In this document: piece after piece, positions 31,122-41,533 of the stretch
Layout: each line of letters begins with the position of its first letter
Position numbering within the stretch: position 1 is the stretch's first letter
Source: a virus
Length of the DNA stretch: 64,000 bases
Virus record (IMG/VR): IMGVR_UViG_3300026521_000226
Location: 7,778 to 71,777 of that record
Strand: one strand, 5' to 3'
Translations under genes and position numbers: made by a program
The notes under the pieces: generated by a model
What the model saw: only the letters and a program-made list of their open reading frames with translations
Told to the model about the DNA's origin: nothing
The model's database searches: none

Positions 31122-31306
31122 TATTCCTCTCCTTCTAATTTGATTGAATTTTTTCTATACGTTTTAAATAATTTCTCTAACTTTAAACTACATTTTCTAA
31201 CTCTTAATCTTGCTGACTTATTTTTTACCTTAAATAAATCTTCTTCAAGTTCTTCGATTGTGTTTCTGATTTCTTCTGTAAGTCCAAATAATTCGTCTTT
31301 TGTCAT
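31121..31306 (-). CDS. Histone H1-like (Hc1 family) protein
   Basis: KNKSARLRVRKCSLKLEKLFKTYRKNSI fits the Hc1 NKxAxxRxRKxSxxLxK pattern. Confidence 0.7.
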   Translation of the reverse strand: MTKDELFGLTEEIRNTIEELEEDLFKVKNKSARLRVRKCSLKLEKLFKTYRKNSIKLEGEE

Positions 31307-31377
31307 TTCTTTCTCCTTAAATTTGTTTAAAATGTGGTAGCTTTTAAAGGTTCTATGTACTACCGAACCAAAAAGTG

Positions 31378-32382
31378 TTAATAATCTTCGTCTAAAGAAC
31401 CAACCGAATAATCAGCAACAGGTGCTTCAAAGAAATTTGTTTTGGTACTACTTCCTTTTAGCAGTGAATTTTGATTATATATATTCATCAAAGGTCCACC
31501 ATCAGTTTCTTCATATAATAATGGTAATCTAAGATTTTTACATACTTGATTACCTTGGTACTCTATGTACAATTCAATAGCCTTATCACTAAATCCAAGT
31601 AAATCTTTAGATATATGTTTAGTCCATTCGATTTCTATTTTTGTCATCTTATCAATCATTGATAATGCTTTAATTTCTGTGTATTCACTTAATCCAATTT
31701 CATTTTTTGCTTCTCTAAATATATTTTTAAAAACGTTTACATGAGAAAATTCATCTCTTTCAATAAAACTTATTGCGCTTGATGTTCCTGAAAAACCAAA
31801 TGACCATAAAACAATAAATCCACCTGGAAAAACGAGTTGTTCAAGTATTTGATTTGCAACAAATATAAGTTGTTTTTCTTGATCTATTGGATCTATTGTG
31901 TTTAAAGAATTAAACATATCTTCCACTGCTAAATTCTTCTTTGCTAACATTAAATCTGTTTGATGTAAATTATATACATCTCTTGAACCAATAACATCAT
32001 CAGCTATGGCAGTGTAAGTCATAGAATGTAAAGCCTCTTCATACGCTTGTCTTGCTAATAATGCTTTTACTGATGGTGATGTGATTAACCCAGATACACC
32101 ATCTGCAAGTTGCACTGTTTGAATACTATCATTTGTGATTAATTGTGCTAATGCTAAATTAAACGCTTTTTTTTGCTCATCAGACAATTGCTGGTACTTC
32201 TTTTTATCTTGCCCTAAGTTTAATTCTTGCACAAACCAAGTGTAAGAAAGCATAACATCCCAAAGTGGCTTACACCATCTTAAACTACTATCTGCCATAT
32301 TGATAATCCCAGAAGGATTACCTGTTAAGATTTTTTCATCTTGATATCTCTCTTCTGAGTTTTGATTATAATATTTACTCAT
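31378..32382 (-). CDS. nrdB: Ribonucleotide reductase class Ia beta subunit
   Basis: NDSIQ, QAYEEALHSMTY, NQILEQLVFPGGF, IERDEFSH, TNFFE...Y tail. Confidence 0.93.
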   Translation of the reverse strand: MSKYYNQNSEERYQDEKILTGNPSGIINMADSSLRWCKPLWDVMLSYTWFVQELNLGQDKKKYQQLSDEQKKAFNLALAQLITNDSIQTVQLADGVSGLITSPSVKALLARQAYEEALHSMTYTAIADDVIGSRDVYNLHQTDLMLAKKNLAVEDMFNSLNTIDPIDQEKQLIFVANQILEQLVFPGGFIVLWSFGFSGTSSAISFIERDEFSHVNVFKNIFREAKNEIGLSEYTEIKALSMIDKMTKIEIEWTKHISKDLLGFSDKAIELYIEYQGNQVCKNLRLPLLYEETDGGPLMNIYNQNSLLKGSSTKTNFFEAPVADYSVGSLDEDY

Positions 32383-32391
32383 CTATTCTCC

Positions 32392-33660
32392 TTATCCTGC
32401 GCATCCAACACAAGCTACTTCACTATCTCTGTCTCTTACTTCTACTTCCATTTTTTGACTTTTAGTCCTCATATAGTAAGTAGTTTTTAACCCTTGTTTC
32501 CAAGCATACATAAGAGTGTCAAAAACTTCTTTACCTGTTGTTGTTTCTGGTCTGAAATATATATTATGTGAAATTCCCATATCAATATATTTCTGTCTTG
32601 TTGCTGTTGCTATAATCAATGCTTTTTGATCTATATCATAAGCATTTTGATAAAATTGCCAAGTTTCTGGACTTAATGATGGTACAACAACTTTAAATTT
32701 ACCTAATTTATTTTCTTCAATCCACACTCTATCAAATATTGGTTCTACACTTGGAGTAGTGTCCATAATAATAGAAATACTTGATGTTGGAGCAATACAT
32801 CTTCTATGTAAATTCTTGAATCCTTTTTTACTGTATTCACAAGGCTCACTTAAGTTATGTGCTAAATCCAACGAACAATTATCTGTTATATTTTTAAATC
32901 TTGAATATAATGCCTCTATAAAAGATATATGTTCATCTGATCCATATTTTATTCCTTTTTTAGCAACTAACTCTGCTTCACCAGCTAAACCTAAACCTAC
33001 GCTTCTTCTTCCTATTTGAACATTTTCAGAACCAGGTATTTTGTATGTTGTTACATCTGTAATTGCATCTAAAAATTCAAACATTGAATATGTAACATCT
33101 GTAAAATGTTTATGAGATTTATCAGTTGTAAAATCAAATCTTCCTAAATTTATAGATCCAAGATTACATAAAGTTATTTCATCATTTTTAATTGGACTTA
33201 AGTATTCTTGACATAAATTTCCTGATCTAATTAATCCAACATCTTCATAATCCCATTCTTCTTCTTTGGTTCTATTAGCATTATCTTTAAAGAATATAAA
33301 TGGCATACCAGTGTCCCAATACATTGCTTGCATCTTTTTCCATAAATCTTTTGCTTTAATTATTTTAGGTGTATTTGTAAAATATTCAGGTTGTTCTTTT
33401 ACCATACTTTCATATCTTAAATAATGATTTTCAAATTCTTTTCCATATGTCTCTGTTAATTCAGGAACATCATATGGATCAAACAATGTAAAATATTCAT
33501 TATTTTCTACTCTATTCATAAATAAATCTGAACAAGATACAGATATAAATAACTCTTTGGCTCTTCTTTTATCTTCACCACCATTTCTTTTTAAATCAAT
33601 GAAATCTTCAATATCTAAATGCCAAGTTTCCATTGTAGTATTAATAGCTGCCAATCTACT
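32392..33660 (-). CDS. nrdA: Ribonucleotide reductase alpha subunit, exon 2
   Basis: Starts SRLAAINTTMETWHLD; SGNLCQE, CNLGSINL, IAPTSSIS, GLKTTYY, C-terminal CVGCAG. Confidence 0.92.
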   Translation of the reverse strand, partial: SRLAAINTTMETWHLDIEDFIDLKRNGGEDKRRAKELFISVSCSDLFMNRVENNEYFTLFDPYDVPELTETYGKEFENHYLRYESMVKEQPEYFTNTPKIIKAKDLWKKMQAMYWDTGMPFIFFKDNANRTKEEEWDYEDVGLIRSGNLCQEYLSPIKNDEITLCNLGSINLGRFDFTTDKSHKHFTDVTYSMFEFLDAITDVTTYKIPGSENVQIGRRSVGLGLAGEAELVAKKGIKYGSDEHISFIEALYSRFKNITDNCSLDLAHNLSEPCEYSKKGFKNLHRRCIAPTSSISIIMDTTPSVEPIFDRVWIEENKLGKFKVVVPSLSPETWQFYQNAYDIDQKALIIATATRQKYIDMGISHNIYFRPETTTGKEVFDTLMYAWKQGLKTTYYMRTKSQKMEVEVRDRDSEVACVGCAG

Positions 33661-33835
33661 CGTAATATTCAATTTAAAACGCAACTTTTAAATCAGTTCT
33701 CTTATGAACTTCTTATGCTTTTGCATAAGACTAGACTATATCTTCATCTTATTTTATTTTAATAAGATGCCTTCCATTTCGAATACCATTAGCTTGTACC
33801 CTACTCCCTCACGGGATAGTCGTTGAAGGTTCATG

Positions 33836-34561
33836 TTAAATATGCTTCCAAGATCTTCTTGCTTTTATATCATTTATTGTATGCTGTGAAACATTATACA
33901 CTTCACTCAAATGTTTAGAACTATCAGTAGATGCTCTTATTTCTAATACATCTTTTGGTTTTAGTTTAGCTTGGGAATTATTTTGACCTGTTGCTGCAAT
34001 TTTTGCTTTCCAAGTCTTTCCAAGTCCGTTAATTTTCTTATGATAAGCATTTTCAATTTGAGTACACCATTCAAGATTTTCAACATTATTATTTTCTTTA
34101 TCCCCATCTATATGGTTAATTTGTGGTTTATTTTCTGGGTTTGGTATAAAAGCTTTAGCAACTAATCTATGAACTGTTTTTGTTTGTTTGTTTGTTAAAC
34201 AAACACTTTTATAACCTTTTACATTGTTTGCTTGTTTTAAAACATTTCTATGTCTTTTAAAAACGATTAAACCTTTCTTATTAACTAAATAATCTGGAAA
34301 TTCTTTTATTATTTTAAATCCATTTGGCACTATATTCTCATACTTATCATATATTTTCTTTTTAGTTCTTCGTGTTTGATCTTTTGATAAATTAAATTCT
34401 TTTTTAAAATAATCATAACTTTGGTTTATATTTAAAATAAATTTAATATTATTTTCTACTGAAAACTCTCTTCGTATTGTTTCACTAACATTTATACTAT
34501 CAAGCATAAATCTTTTATATTCATCACTTAACATGCTTCCCTGCTGATCACCAATTTTCAT
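33836..34561 (-). CDS. Intron-encoded HNH homing endonuclease (NUMOD4-HNH)
   Basis: VHRLVAKAFIPNPENKPQINHIDGDKENNNVENLEWCT, C-terminal HTH. Confidence 0.92.
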   Translation of the reverse strand: MKIGDQQGSMLSDEYKRFMLDSINVSETIRREFSVENNIKFILNINQSYDYFKKEFNLSKDQTRRTKKKIYDKYENIVPNGFKIIKEFPDYLVNKKGLIVFKRHRNVLKQANNVKGYKSVCLTNKQTKTVHRLVAKAFIPNPENKPQINHIDGDKENNNVENLEWCTQIENAYHKKINGLGKTWKAKIAATGQNNSQAKLKPKDVLEIRASTDSSKHLSEVYNVSQHTINDIKARRSWKHI

Positions 34562-34595
34562 TGTAAGCTCCTTATATTGTTTTTATCGACTTACA

Positions 34596-34624
34596 ATTCT
34601 ATCATAATAATTTTTAACTTTCAA
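34596..34624 (-). promoter_or_regulatory. Intron-internal promoter for the HNH gene
   Basis: TTGAAA-N17-TAGAAT with extended TG. Confidence 0.6.
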
Positions 34625-34725
34625 GCTTATTCTCACGAATTACTTTGTAGTTTATTATGCTTTACGGCTTTCCAGCAATTAAAAAGGTTTGCTTATAATA
34701 TCACTATTATAAGGGGCTAAAATTA

Positions 34726-35625
34726 ACCCAATTGGTCAACTGCATTTGAGGTAGCATTTGTTAATTGTAGAAATGGAATTGGTCCTTTTGCTGCACCTTT
34801 TATATCTTGTATAGTTCCACCATTTGCTCTTAATTTAGATACATCATATCCCCATCCAGAACCATATTTTGATCCTACAGCAATAGTTTTATGAGCATCA
34901 TAAATTCCTTCTAAGTCATCTGGCATAGAGCCTACTGCACAACTAAAACAATTACCATTAATAGTTCTACCATTTTTAAGTGTTGGTGTTCCTGGTAACG
35001 CTTCTAATTTACTGAAAATATTGTACCATTCAATTGCCTTTTCAGTAGGATTTCTTTGATTTTGTGCTGCAAATATAGCTAAAGACATAAACATATGTTG
35101 AGGTAATTCAGTTACAACATTTTTGTTATCTATATTTTGTTTAATTAAATATCTTTCTTCAAGCATTTTAATACCAAGATAATTAAATAGTTTATCTCTA
35201 TCTGGAACTATAGCGTTATTAATTTTTTCCCAATCAAAATATTTTACTATTTTTTCATTAAACCAAGATAAATAATTTTGATTAAAATTCATGTATTTTG
35301 TAAATGAAATTGCTTTATAAACATCACCTCCAATTTTAGAACCAAAGTATGTTCTTTTAATTCTATGATACATATCATACATATGCAATCTTGCTGCTGC
35401 ATAAGTAGCATCAGGTTTATCAACATCAACTAAATCTAATGCTGATTTAATTAAAAGATTTTGAACATCTTCAGTACTCATACCATCTTTGAAAGAGATT
35501 TTAGCATTAAGTTCAATCTCTTCAAATGATACATTTTTTAAACCTTCAACTGCTTGTTCTGTCTGTTTTCTGATTTGTTTTAAATCTAAATCAACTAAAT
35601 TTCCATCTCTTTTTTTAATTTTCAT
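34726..35625 (-). CDS. nrdA: Ribonucleotide reductase alpha subunit, exon 1
   Basis: ATP cone (IKKRDG), ELPQHMF, PGTPTLKNG, FSC, ends AVDQLG. Confidence 0.92.
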
Positions 35626-35628
35626 ATA

Positions 35629-36288
35629 TTATCCTTCAATACCATAATAGTCTTTGATTTGCTCATCAACATATTTTAAATCATTTTCAATATAATCTTT
35701 ATCAAACATCTCCTCTGGTGATTTGCACACATCTCTACCACTGTTTTGTGTTTGAAATAGATATTCACCATCTGAATTTCTTATTGCTCTTAAAACGATT
35801 GTAGCCATACCAGTGATGTTAATCTTCTCATCAAGTAGTTTACCTATTGTTTTAGCTTTAATGTTACCATTTTGATCTTCATCTTCATGAGATAAAATAT
35901 ACACTCTAATATCATCAGGTAGAGCATTTGCTTCTGTGATAATCTTCCAAAAATGTTCAGCTAATTCTGTATATTTAGAAAATCCAACTTCACTTGATCT
36001 TCTCATGAATTCGTTTGCCATAATGTATTGAGCATCATCAATAACTATAATTTTTTTATTATATTTATTAACTGCTGCATCCATTGCTGCAACAATAGTT
36101 ACGTAGCTATCTGTTGTAATTATAGAACCAGTTGGATTTTCTTTATTTAATCTTTTCCAATCTTTACTTTTGAATGGTAAAGGTTTTTCAATTGCTTTAA
36201 TAACTACTGTTTCTTTTGGGTCAAGATTTTTAATACTTCGTGATTTTCCTCTACCTGATTCTCCTATAATAAATGTTGTGATTGCCAT
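35629..36288 (-). CDS. AAA_24 / Sak4-like ATPase (N4 gp44-like)
   Basis: GESGRGKS, IVIDDAQY, ILSHE, KTIGKLLD, KSPEEMF. Confidence 0.85.
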   Translation of the reverse strand: MAITTFIIGESGRGKSRSIKNLDPKETVVIKAIEKPLPFKSKDWKRLNKENPTGSIITTDSYVTIVAAMDAAVNKYNKKIIVIDDAQYIMANEFMRRSSEVGFSKYTELAEHFWKIITEANALPDDIRVYILSHEDEDQNGNIKAKTIGKLLDEKINITGMATIVLRAIRNSDGEYLFQTQNSGRDVCKSPEEMFDKDYIENDLKYVDEQIKDYYGIEG

Positions 36289-36470
36289 TAAATCCTTCCT
36301 CCTTGTTTTAACACATTATTAACTATAATATCAACCTCATCTGAATCTAAATGCTTTTCAAATTTTAAATTCTCTCCATGAATACAAACTCTGATTTCAT
36401 CATTTGTAAATTGTCCTTTTGTTATAGATAATCCATATTTGAATAGTTTATCATTTCTGCTACATACCAT
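36288..36470 (-). CDS. Hypothetical protein
   Basis: 60 aa, coupled. Confidence 0.5.
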   Translation of the reverse strand: MVCSRNDKLFKYGLSITKGQFTNDEIRVCIHGENLKFEKHLDSDEVDIIVNNVLKQGGRI

Positions 36471-38587
36471 TATATTCTCCTTTTAATTGATTGAATTGTA
36501 CTTCTAACTTCACTATCTTTCAATGATGTTGCTAAGAATGAGTTCGCTTGAAACAAATAATCTTCAAAATTATCATCACCAATTGTGTCTGCAATAAGCA
36601 TACCTAATTTGAATAAATTATCAGATCTATTCCCTATCATTGTGTTCTTCAAGAACCAACGAATGGCACCTTGTATTCTTGTGTCTGAATCAGCATTACT
36701 ATCAGATTTTTCAACATATTCCTCATATGTATCTATCGCTTTGGCACTATATTGAAATTCACTTGTATTTGGGATAAAAGGTCTAATATCAAGCATTTCT
36801 CCATCCATGTTATACCAATACTTTGCACCTTTTACACCATAGTACCAACGAGAAGCATTTTTACATTTTTCATCATAAGAATCTATCCCAAGTGTATTCA
36901 TTATATTTACATACATTTCTTTATATACACTTGGCTCCAAATGAAAAACACTTGATGTAGGTAGGATTATTCTAAACCTATCACACACAATACCACTCTT
37001 ATCTTTTTGATGTGATTTTGTTGTTGCTATCATGTATATGTGCGATGAAAACAATCTCTTTGCTTCTTCTATTGTCATTCCTTCATCAACATCAATGATT
37101 ATTAGATTTTGTTCCTTCAAATAATTAGCGTCATTTATGTATTCGTCTTTAAATGTACCAGCTGAATATCTAAATTCATTACAAACTATTTTATGAAGAT
37201 TTTCAAATCTACCTTGTTTTTTAATAAAACCTGATGGTTTTGTGTAGCTCATATCAGCATTAACAGAAACAATTATTTTATCTAACTGACTATTTCTCAT
37301 TTTTTGTAAACTATATTTCATTGACTTACCTATTGGTTCTGAAATTATAGTATTACCTAATTTATAAGCATAATCTTCAGTTAATTCAATTTCACTTTCA
37401 ATTGCTTTTGCTGTTAAGCCTTTTATATTTTTAACTAAATCTGATTTAGTCAAACTATCATATTTCTCAAGTTCTTCATATATTTGAACATGAAATGGTT
37501 TGTGCTCAACAGTTGATTCAGTTGTCTTATCAATAAGTTCTGTAAATTTTATTGCAAATTCAAGATGCTTATCATTTATTTCTGTTTCCAGATCTAAAGC
37601 AGCTATAATTCCTAACAATTTTTCTATCTTCTGGATAGAACCTAATGATTCAGCAATTGGTGATTTTGACTGCTCTCTTTCAATTTGCTTATCTTCATCA
37701 TATTTTAATAATTTTTTATGTATATTGTCTGGTAAAACTATATGATCTGTTACTTTCATATAATTAAGTAATTCCTGATTATATTCATAAAATTTATCAT
37801 ATTCTTCTTTTGAAATAGTCTCATAATTACTATTTCTCATTTCTGATTTTTTATACCATGTGTTATGATAAACAAATGCTCTTCTTGTCATACCAGAAAT
37901 ATATGCTGAAATAAGTTTATCTTTAGCATCTTTTTTTAATTCAATCACTTCGTGAGAACCAAATAATAATGCATTAAAACAAATATCCTCAACAGTAAAA
38001 TAATGTTCGCCACCATCAGAGGAAATTATTGGTCCATAAGATATACCATCATCCCATGCTGTTTTTATCTTTTTAAACACTGGTTCCATTATTCCTATGT
38101 TATCAAGTAATTCATCTGAGAATATATTTACAGATCCAAATCCTAAATCTTTTATTGTTTGCGCTGCTTTTTGAATACCTTGCTCAGATGATTCTACACC
38201 TATATAATATGATGATAATTTTACATATGATTTATTTGGTTTTCCTTCTTCAAATCTTTCATAGAAAAATGCATCAGCTTTTTTTTCGAAAGCTTTTTCT
38301 ATTGGTTTGTATATCTCTTTGGTTCTTTTAAAAACAAAATCTTTACCTATACCAGTTTTTCCAAAGCTTATAGCCACAAAATTAGGAATAATCTTTTTCT
38401 CTTTAAAAGATGTTACTCTTTTTATTTTTATTCCCTTAAATCCAAGCGCAGAAGCTGTTGTAAAGAAAAGTGAATTTAAAAATAAAAGTGGAGGTATTTT
38501 ATATTTTCCTTCATCTTGAATTTTATTATAGATTAAGTCTATTGTCTCTATAGAACCAAAAAGAGTTGCCTCTTCTTGATAAGTCAT
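36470..38587 (-). CDS. DNA primase (N4 gp43-like: P-loop domain + AEP-type primase + PriCT)
   Basis: GKTGIGKD; IIDVDEG, TTKSH, DRFRIILP; GNRSDNLF. Confidence 0.8.
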   Translation of the reverse strand: MTYQEEATLFGSIETIDLIYNKIQDEGKYKIPPLLFLNSLFFTTASALGFKGIKIKRVTSFKEKKIIPNFVAISFGKTGIGKDFVFKRTKEIYKPIEKAFEKKADAFFYERFEEGKPNKSYVKLSSYYIGVESSEQGIQKAAQTIKDLGFGSVNIFSDELLDNIGIMEPVFKKIKTAWDDGISYGPIISSDGGEHYFTVEDICFNALLFGSHEVIELKKDAKDKLISAYISGMTRRAFVYHNTWYKKSEMRNSNYETISKEEYDKFYEYNQELLNYMKVTDHIVLPDNIHKKLLKYDEDKQIEREQSKSPIAESLGSIQKIEKLLGIIAALDLETEINDKHLEFAIKFTELIDKTTESTVEHKPFHVQIYEELEKYDSLTKSDLVKNIKGLTAKAIESEIELTEDYAYKLGNTIISEPIGKSMKYSLQKMRNSQLDKIIVSVNADMSYTKPSGFIKKQGRFENLHKIVCNEFRYSAGTFKDEYINDANYLKEQNLIIIDVDEGMTIEEAKRLFSSHIYMIATTKSHQKDKSGIVCDRFRIILPTSSVFHLEPSVYKEMYVNIMNTLGIDSYDEKCKNASRWYYGVKGAKYWYNMDGEMLDIRPFIPNTSEFQYSAKAIDTYEEYVEKSDSNADSDTRIQGAIRWFLKNTMIGNRSDNLFKLGMLIADTIGDDNFEDYLFQANSFLATSLKDSEVRSTIQSIKRRI

Positions 38588-38594
38588 TTTACAA

Positions 38595-38870
38595 TTACAG
38601 CTTCATTAGAAGAGCTTCTAAAACTTTGCTTAATTCCTCTGAAATCTCAGTTACCTTCGCTTCAATTTCGTCACTTTCTATTTTTCTTTGCTTTTCTTCT
38701 TGTTTCTTTTTTTTATATTCTTTTTTCATAGATTTATAAACCATTTCTAACTGTTTAAATGTTAAGGTGAAGTCAGCATTTATTTCATTATTTTTATCAC
38801 TTGCTACAACGTATTCAATATTGTCGTCATATACTTTTTGTAGAAATACCATAAATTCATGTTTTTTCAT
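38595..38870 (-). CDS. Hypothetical protein
   Basis: 91 aa. Confidence 0.5.
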   Translation of the reverse strand: MKKHEFMVFLQKVYDDNIEYVVASDKNNEINADFTLTFKQLEMVYKSMKKEYKKKKQEEKQRKIESDEIEAKVTEISEELSKVLEALLMKL

Positions 38871-39052
38871 TTTGCATCCTTTGTTGTTATGTTTAATATA
38901 TTTTTTAACTCTTCTGTATCAGAAATATATACACTTAATTCGTCTTTTTCATCTTGCTTAAATATAGATAAAGTATTTACAATATCATTTCTCAAAGCAG
39001 ATAATTTAAGTTCAATTAACTCGTTAACTATTTTTAAATCAATATCTGTCAT
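38867..39052 (-). CDS. Hypothetical protein
   Basis: 61 aa, SD. Confidence 0.5.
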   Translation of the reverse strand: MTDIDLKIVNELIELKLSALRNDIVNTLSIFKQDEKDELSVYISDTEELKNILNITTKDAK

Positions 39053-39097
39053 TTTATTTCCTTCTAAGTGGGGGTTACAAGTATAGCATTTAATTTC

Positions 39098-39835
39098 TTA
39101 AATGCTCCTTAATTTTTCATAGTCTTTTTTAATTTTCTCATCTAAAAGAACCAATTCTTGATACTCTAATGGTAAAGCATCAATCATTTGAAATGCTATT
39201 TTCCTAATTGAATAATGAGCTGATTTATTGGTTCTTAATTTTAAAAAATGAACCAAACTTCTAAGATTGAAACTTACTTGCATTTTATATATAAATGCTT
39301 GTGGTAATAGCATTGCTAATTGATCAAAATCTTTTTTAGAAGAATTTTCCAATAATTCATCAACTTCTAATTTTATATTATTCAAAATAGTATTTATTCT
39401 GTGATCTTTTGTATCTTCAAATTCAATACCCATTGTATCCAAAGCATATCTACTTGATGTTACTGTGTAAGAAATACCAACTCTATGACGAGTAAATTCT
39501 AATAATGCTTTTGTTGATAATTCAATATCAAACACAATTAAACTATGTTCTAATACACTTGAATGATTCATATGGAAACCAACTCTTTTAATTAAATTAA
39601 AATCTTTAGAACCAATGTGATGTTGTAAATTTGATCCACAACTCTTACATATAGAAGCATTTGTTGAGCCGTCTTTATTTATTGATTCTTCTAACTCTTG
39701 AGAGCCACAATATATACATTCTGTTCCCATACCGTCTACCCAATAACTATCGCTTAAATTGTGATTATTATGTGAATATCTGATTCCGTTGCTAATTAAC
39801 CATAATGGTGTTATATGTATTAATTTTACCGACAT
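39098..39835 (-). CDS. thyX: Flavin-dependent thymidylate synthase
   Basis: HSSVLEH, EFTRHRVGISYTVTSSRY, NLRSLVHFLKLRT..AH. Confidence 0.92.
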   Translation of the reverse strand: MSVKLIHITPLWLISNGIRYSHNNHNLSDSYWVDGMGTECIYCGSQELEESINKDGSTNASICKSCGSNLQHHIGSKDFNLIKRVGFHMNHSSVLEHSLIVFDIELSTKALLEFTRHRVGISYTVTSSRYALDTMGIEFEDTKDHRINTILNNIKLEVDELLENSSKKDFDQLAMLLPQAFIYKMQVSFNLRSLVHFLKLRTNKSAHYSIRKIAFQMIDALPLEYQELVLLDEKIKKDYEKLRSI

Positions 39836-39846
39836 TTTTATTCTCC

Positions 39847-41529
39847 TTAAAATGGTATATCTGATTGATCATCTTCATCCATATTATACTCAGTATATAC
39901 TGATGAATACATTTTCTCTTCTTGGTACTTTTCATACAAAAATTTAATAAAACCTTGGATTCTAAATAATCCTAATTCTTGTTTTATGATAGTTCTTAAT
40001 CTTGATTTTAATGCTTTTATCCATTCATGTTTCTTTTCTGGACATTGCTCAAAGTACCAAGACATATCATGTTCTATTGACCATTCTGGTTTTTCTTCAT
40101 TTATTTTAGCACTCCAGAACCAATTAGGTTTGTACTCATATTCAAATCCTTTTTTTGATACTGGTTTACCATATTTAAACATATAGAACATTGTTGCAAT
40201 AGTTATGATTTCTTTGTGATCATCACTTACTTCAAAAATTGCTGCCAAATCTTTTACACTTAACTTTTTAATATCTTCTCTTTGTTTTGCTTTAATTTCT
40301 TGAAGTTTAGCATTGTATATATCTATACTTATCTCTTTTGGTTCTGAACCATCAAGAACAGCTTTCAAATGTTCAAGACTATTTTTATTTGCCTCTCTTA
40401 TTGCTTCCATATCAACCTTTTTATCACCTGTTCTCTCAGGTGGATAATAAGGTTCATCGTAGAAACCAAACGTTGAAGTCATTTGCGCTAAATCAAGAAA
40501 TTCAGCATATTTTTTATCATCATGTAATCTTGCTAACCTCATAATTTGTTGAAGAAATAATGCTCTTGATTTTGTAGGTCTAAGCATTACTCCTAATTCA
40601 ATAGAAGGTACATCAAATCCCATTGAAAGTCGATTTATCGAAATTAAAACACTTGGTTCTTTAGATACTCTAAAATCATCAATAGCTTTATCACCTTCTT
40701 TTCCATTTTTAGAATGAGATATAGCTATTTTATACCCATCATTTCTAAGTATAGTACCAAATAATTCTGCTTGACTAATAGATGAACAAAATACAATAGT
40801 TTTTTTATCTTTAGCATTCATATCATTCATAGATTTTAATGCTAATTTTAGATGTTCTGATGTATTTATAATTTCTTCTAATTCATCAGCATTATAATCT
40901 CCTCTTTCAACTTTAACACTACTATAGTCAACTTTCTCTGCCCATACAGGTACAAAAGTCTTTATAGGTGTAAGATGGCCTTCATTTGTTAAATCTCTTA
41001 TAGAGCGAGTATAAATATACTCATAATAAGGAAACTTAAACCCTTGATAATCATATGGTGAACCTGAAAAGCCAATAATTGTTTGTGGATTTATAAATGA
41101 TACAATATCCCTTGCTCTATTAGATGTTATAGGTCCAGCATTATGAAATTCATCAAACATAATTATTTTAAATTTATTTTTCCATTCTTCAAGTTCTCCT
41201 TTTTTAAGCCTTGATTGTAATGTTTGTGCCATTACAAGTTGTACATTTGAATTTTTATCAAATGGTGTTCCTTTGTAATTTGCTTTTAATACACTATGAT
41301 TGCAATTAAATTTTTTTAATGATTCATCTAATTGTTCAATTAATGCACTTATTGAAACTACAATAATTACGCCCATATGTTGATGCTCTTCTGCTAATGC
41401 AGTCATTTGATAGCTTTTACCAGAACCAGGAGGACTATCAACTATTATTTTCTCATCACCAAAAGCAATACAACCTCCAACGTCATCAACTGCATCCTTT
41501 TGGTACTCTCTTAATGTTATTTCAGACAT
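39847..41529 (-). CDS. SF2 (DEAD/DEAH, RadD-like) helicase
   Basis: LREYQ, PPGSGKS, DEFH, GFSGSP, GFDVPSI, QQIMRLAR; C-terminus DDDQSDIPF. Confidence 0.9.
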   Translation of the reverse strand: MSEITLREYQKDAVDDVGGCIAFGDEKIIVDSPPGSGKSYQMTALAEEHQHMGVIIVVSISALIEQLDESLKKFNCNHSVLKANYKGTPFDKNSNVQLVMAQTLQSRLKKGELEEWKNKFKIIMFDEFHNAGPITSNRARDIVSFINPQTIIGFSGSPYDYQGFKFPYYEYIYTRSIRDLTNEGHLTPIKTFVPVWAEKVDYSSVKVERGDYNADELEEIINTSEHLKLALKSMNDMNAKDKKTIVFCSSISQAELFGTILRNDGYKIAISHSKNGKEGDKAIDDFRVSKEPSVLISINRLSMGFDVPSIELGVMLRPTKSRALFLQQIMRLARLHDDKKYAEFLDLAQMTSTFGFYDEPYYPPERTGDKKVDMEAIREANKNSLEHLKAVLDGSEPKEISIDIYNAKLQEIKAKQREDIKKLSVKDLAAIFEVSDDHKEIITIATMFYMFKYGKPVSKKGFEYEYKPNWFWSAKINEEKPEWSIEHDMSWYFEQCPEKKHEWIKALKSRLRTIIKQELGLFRIQGFIKFLYEKYQEEKMYSSVYTEYNMDEDDQSDIPF

Positions 41530-41533
41530 ATAT

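Larger units (their letters stand above)
33661..34725 (-). mobile_element. Group I intron (IA-like) in nrdA
   Basis: 5' splice site after DQLG (GGGU/UAAUUUUAGCCC P1 with U-G), AAUUGCUGGAAA, GAUCAGCAG, UUCAACGACUA, AAGAUAUAGUCU, terminal G. Splicing restores the frame (about 722 aa). Confidence 0.92.

Noticed and set aside
33661-33684. ORF-track start MRFKLNIT for the second nrdA ORF, or nrdA as a pseudogene
   Set aside because: These codons are intron sequence; splicing yields an intact NrdA.
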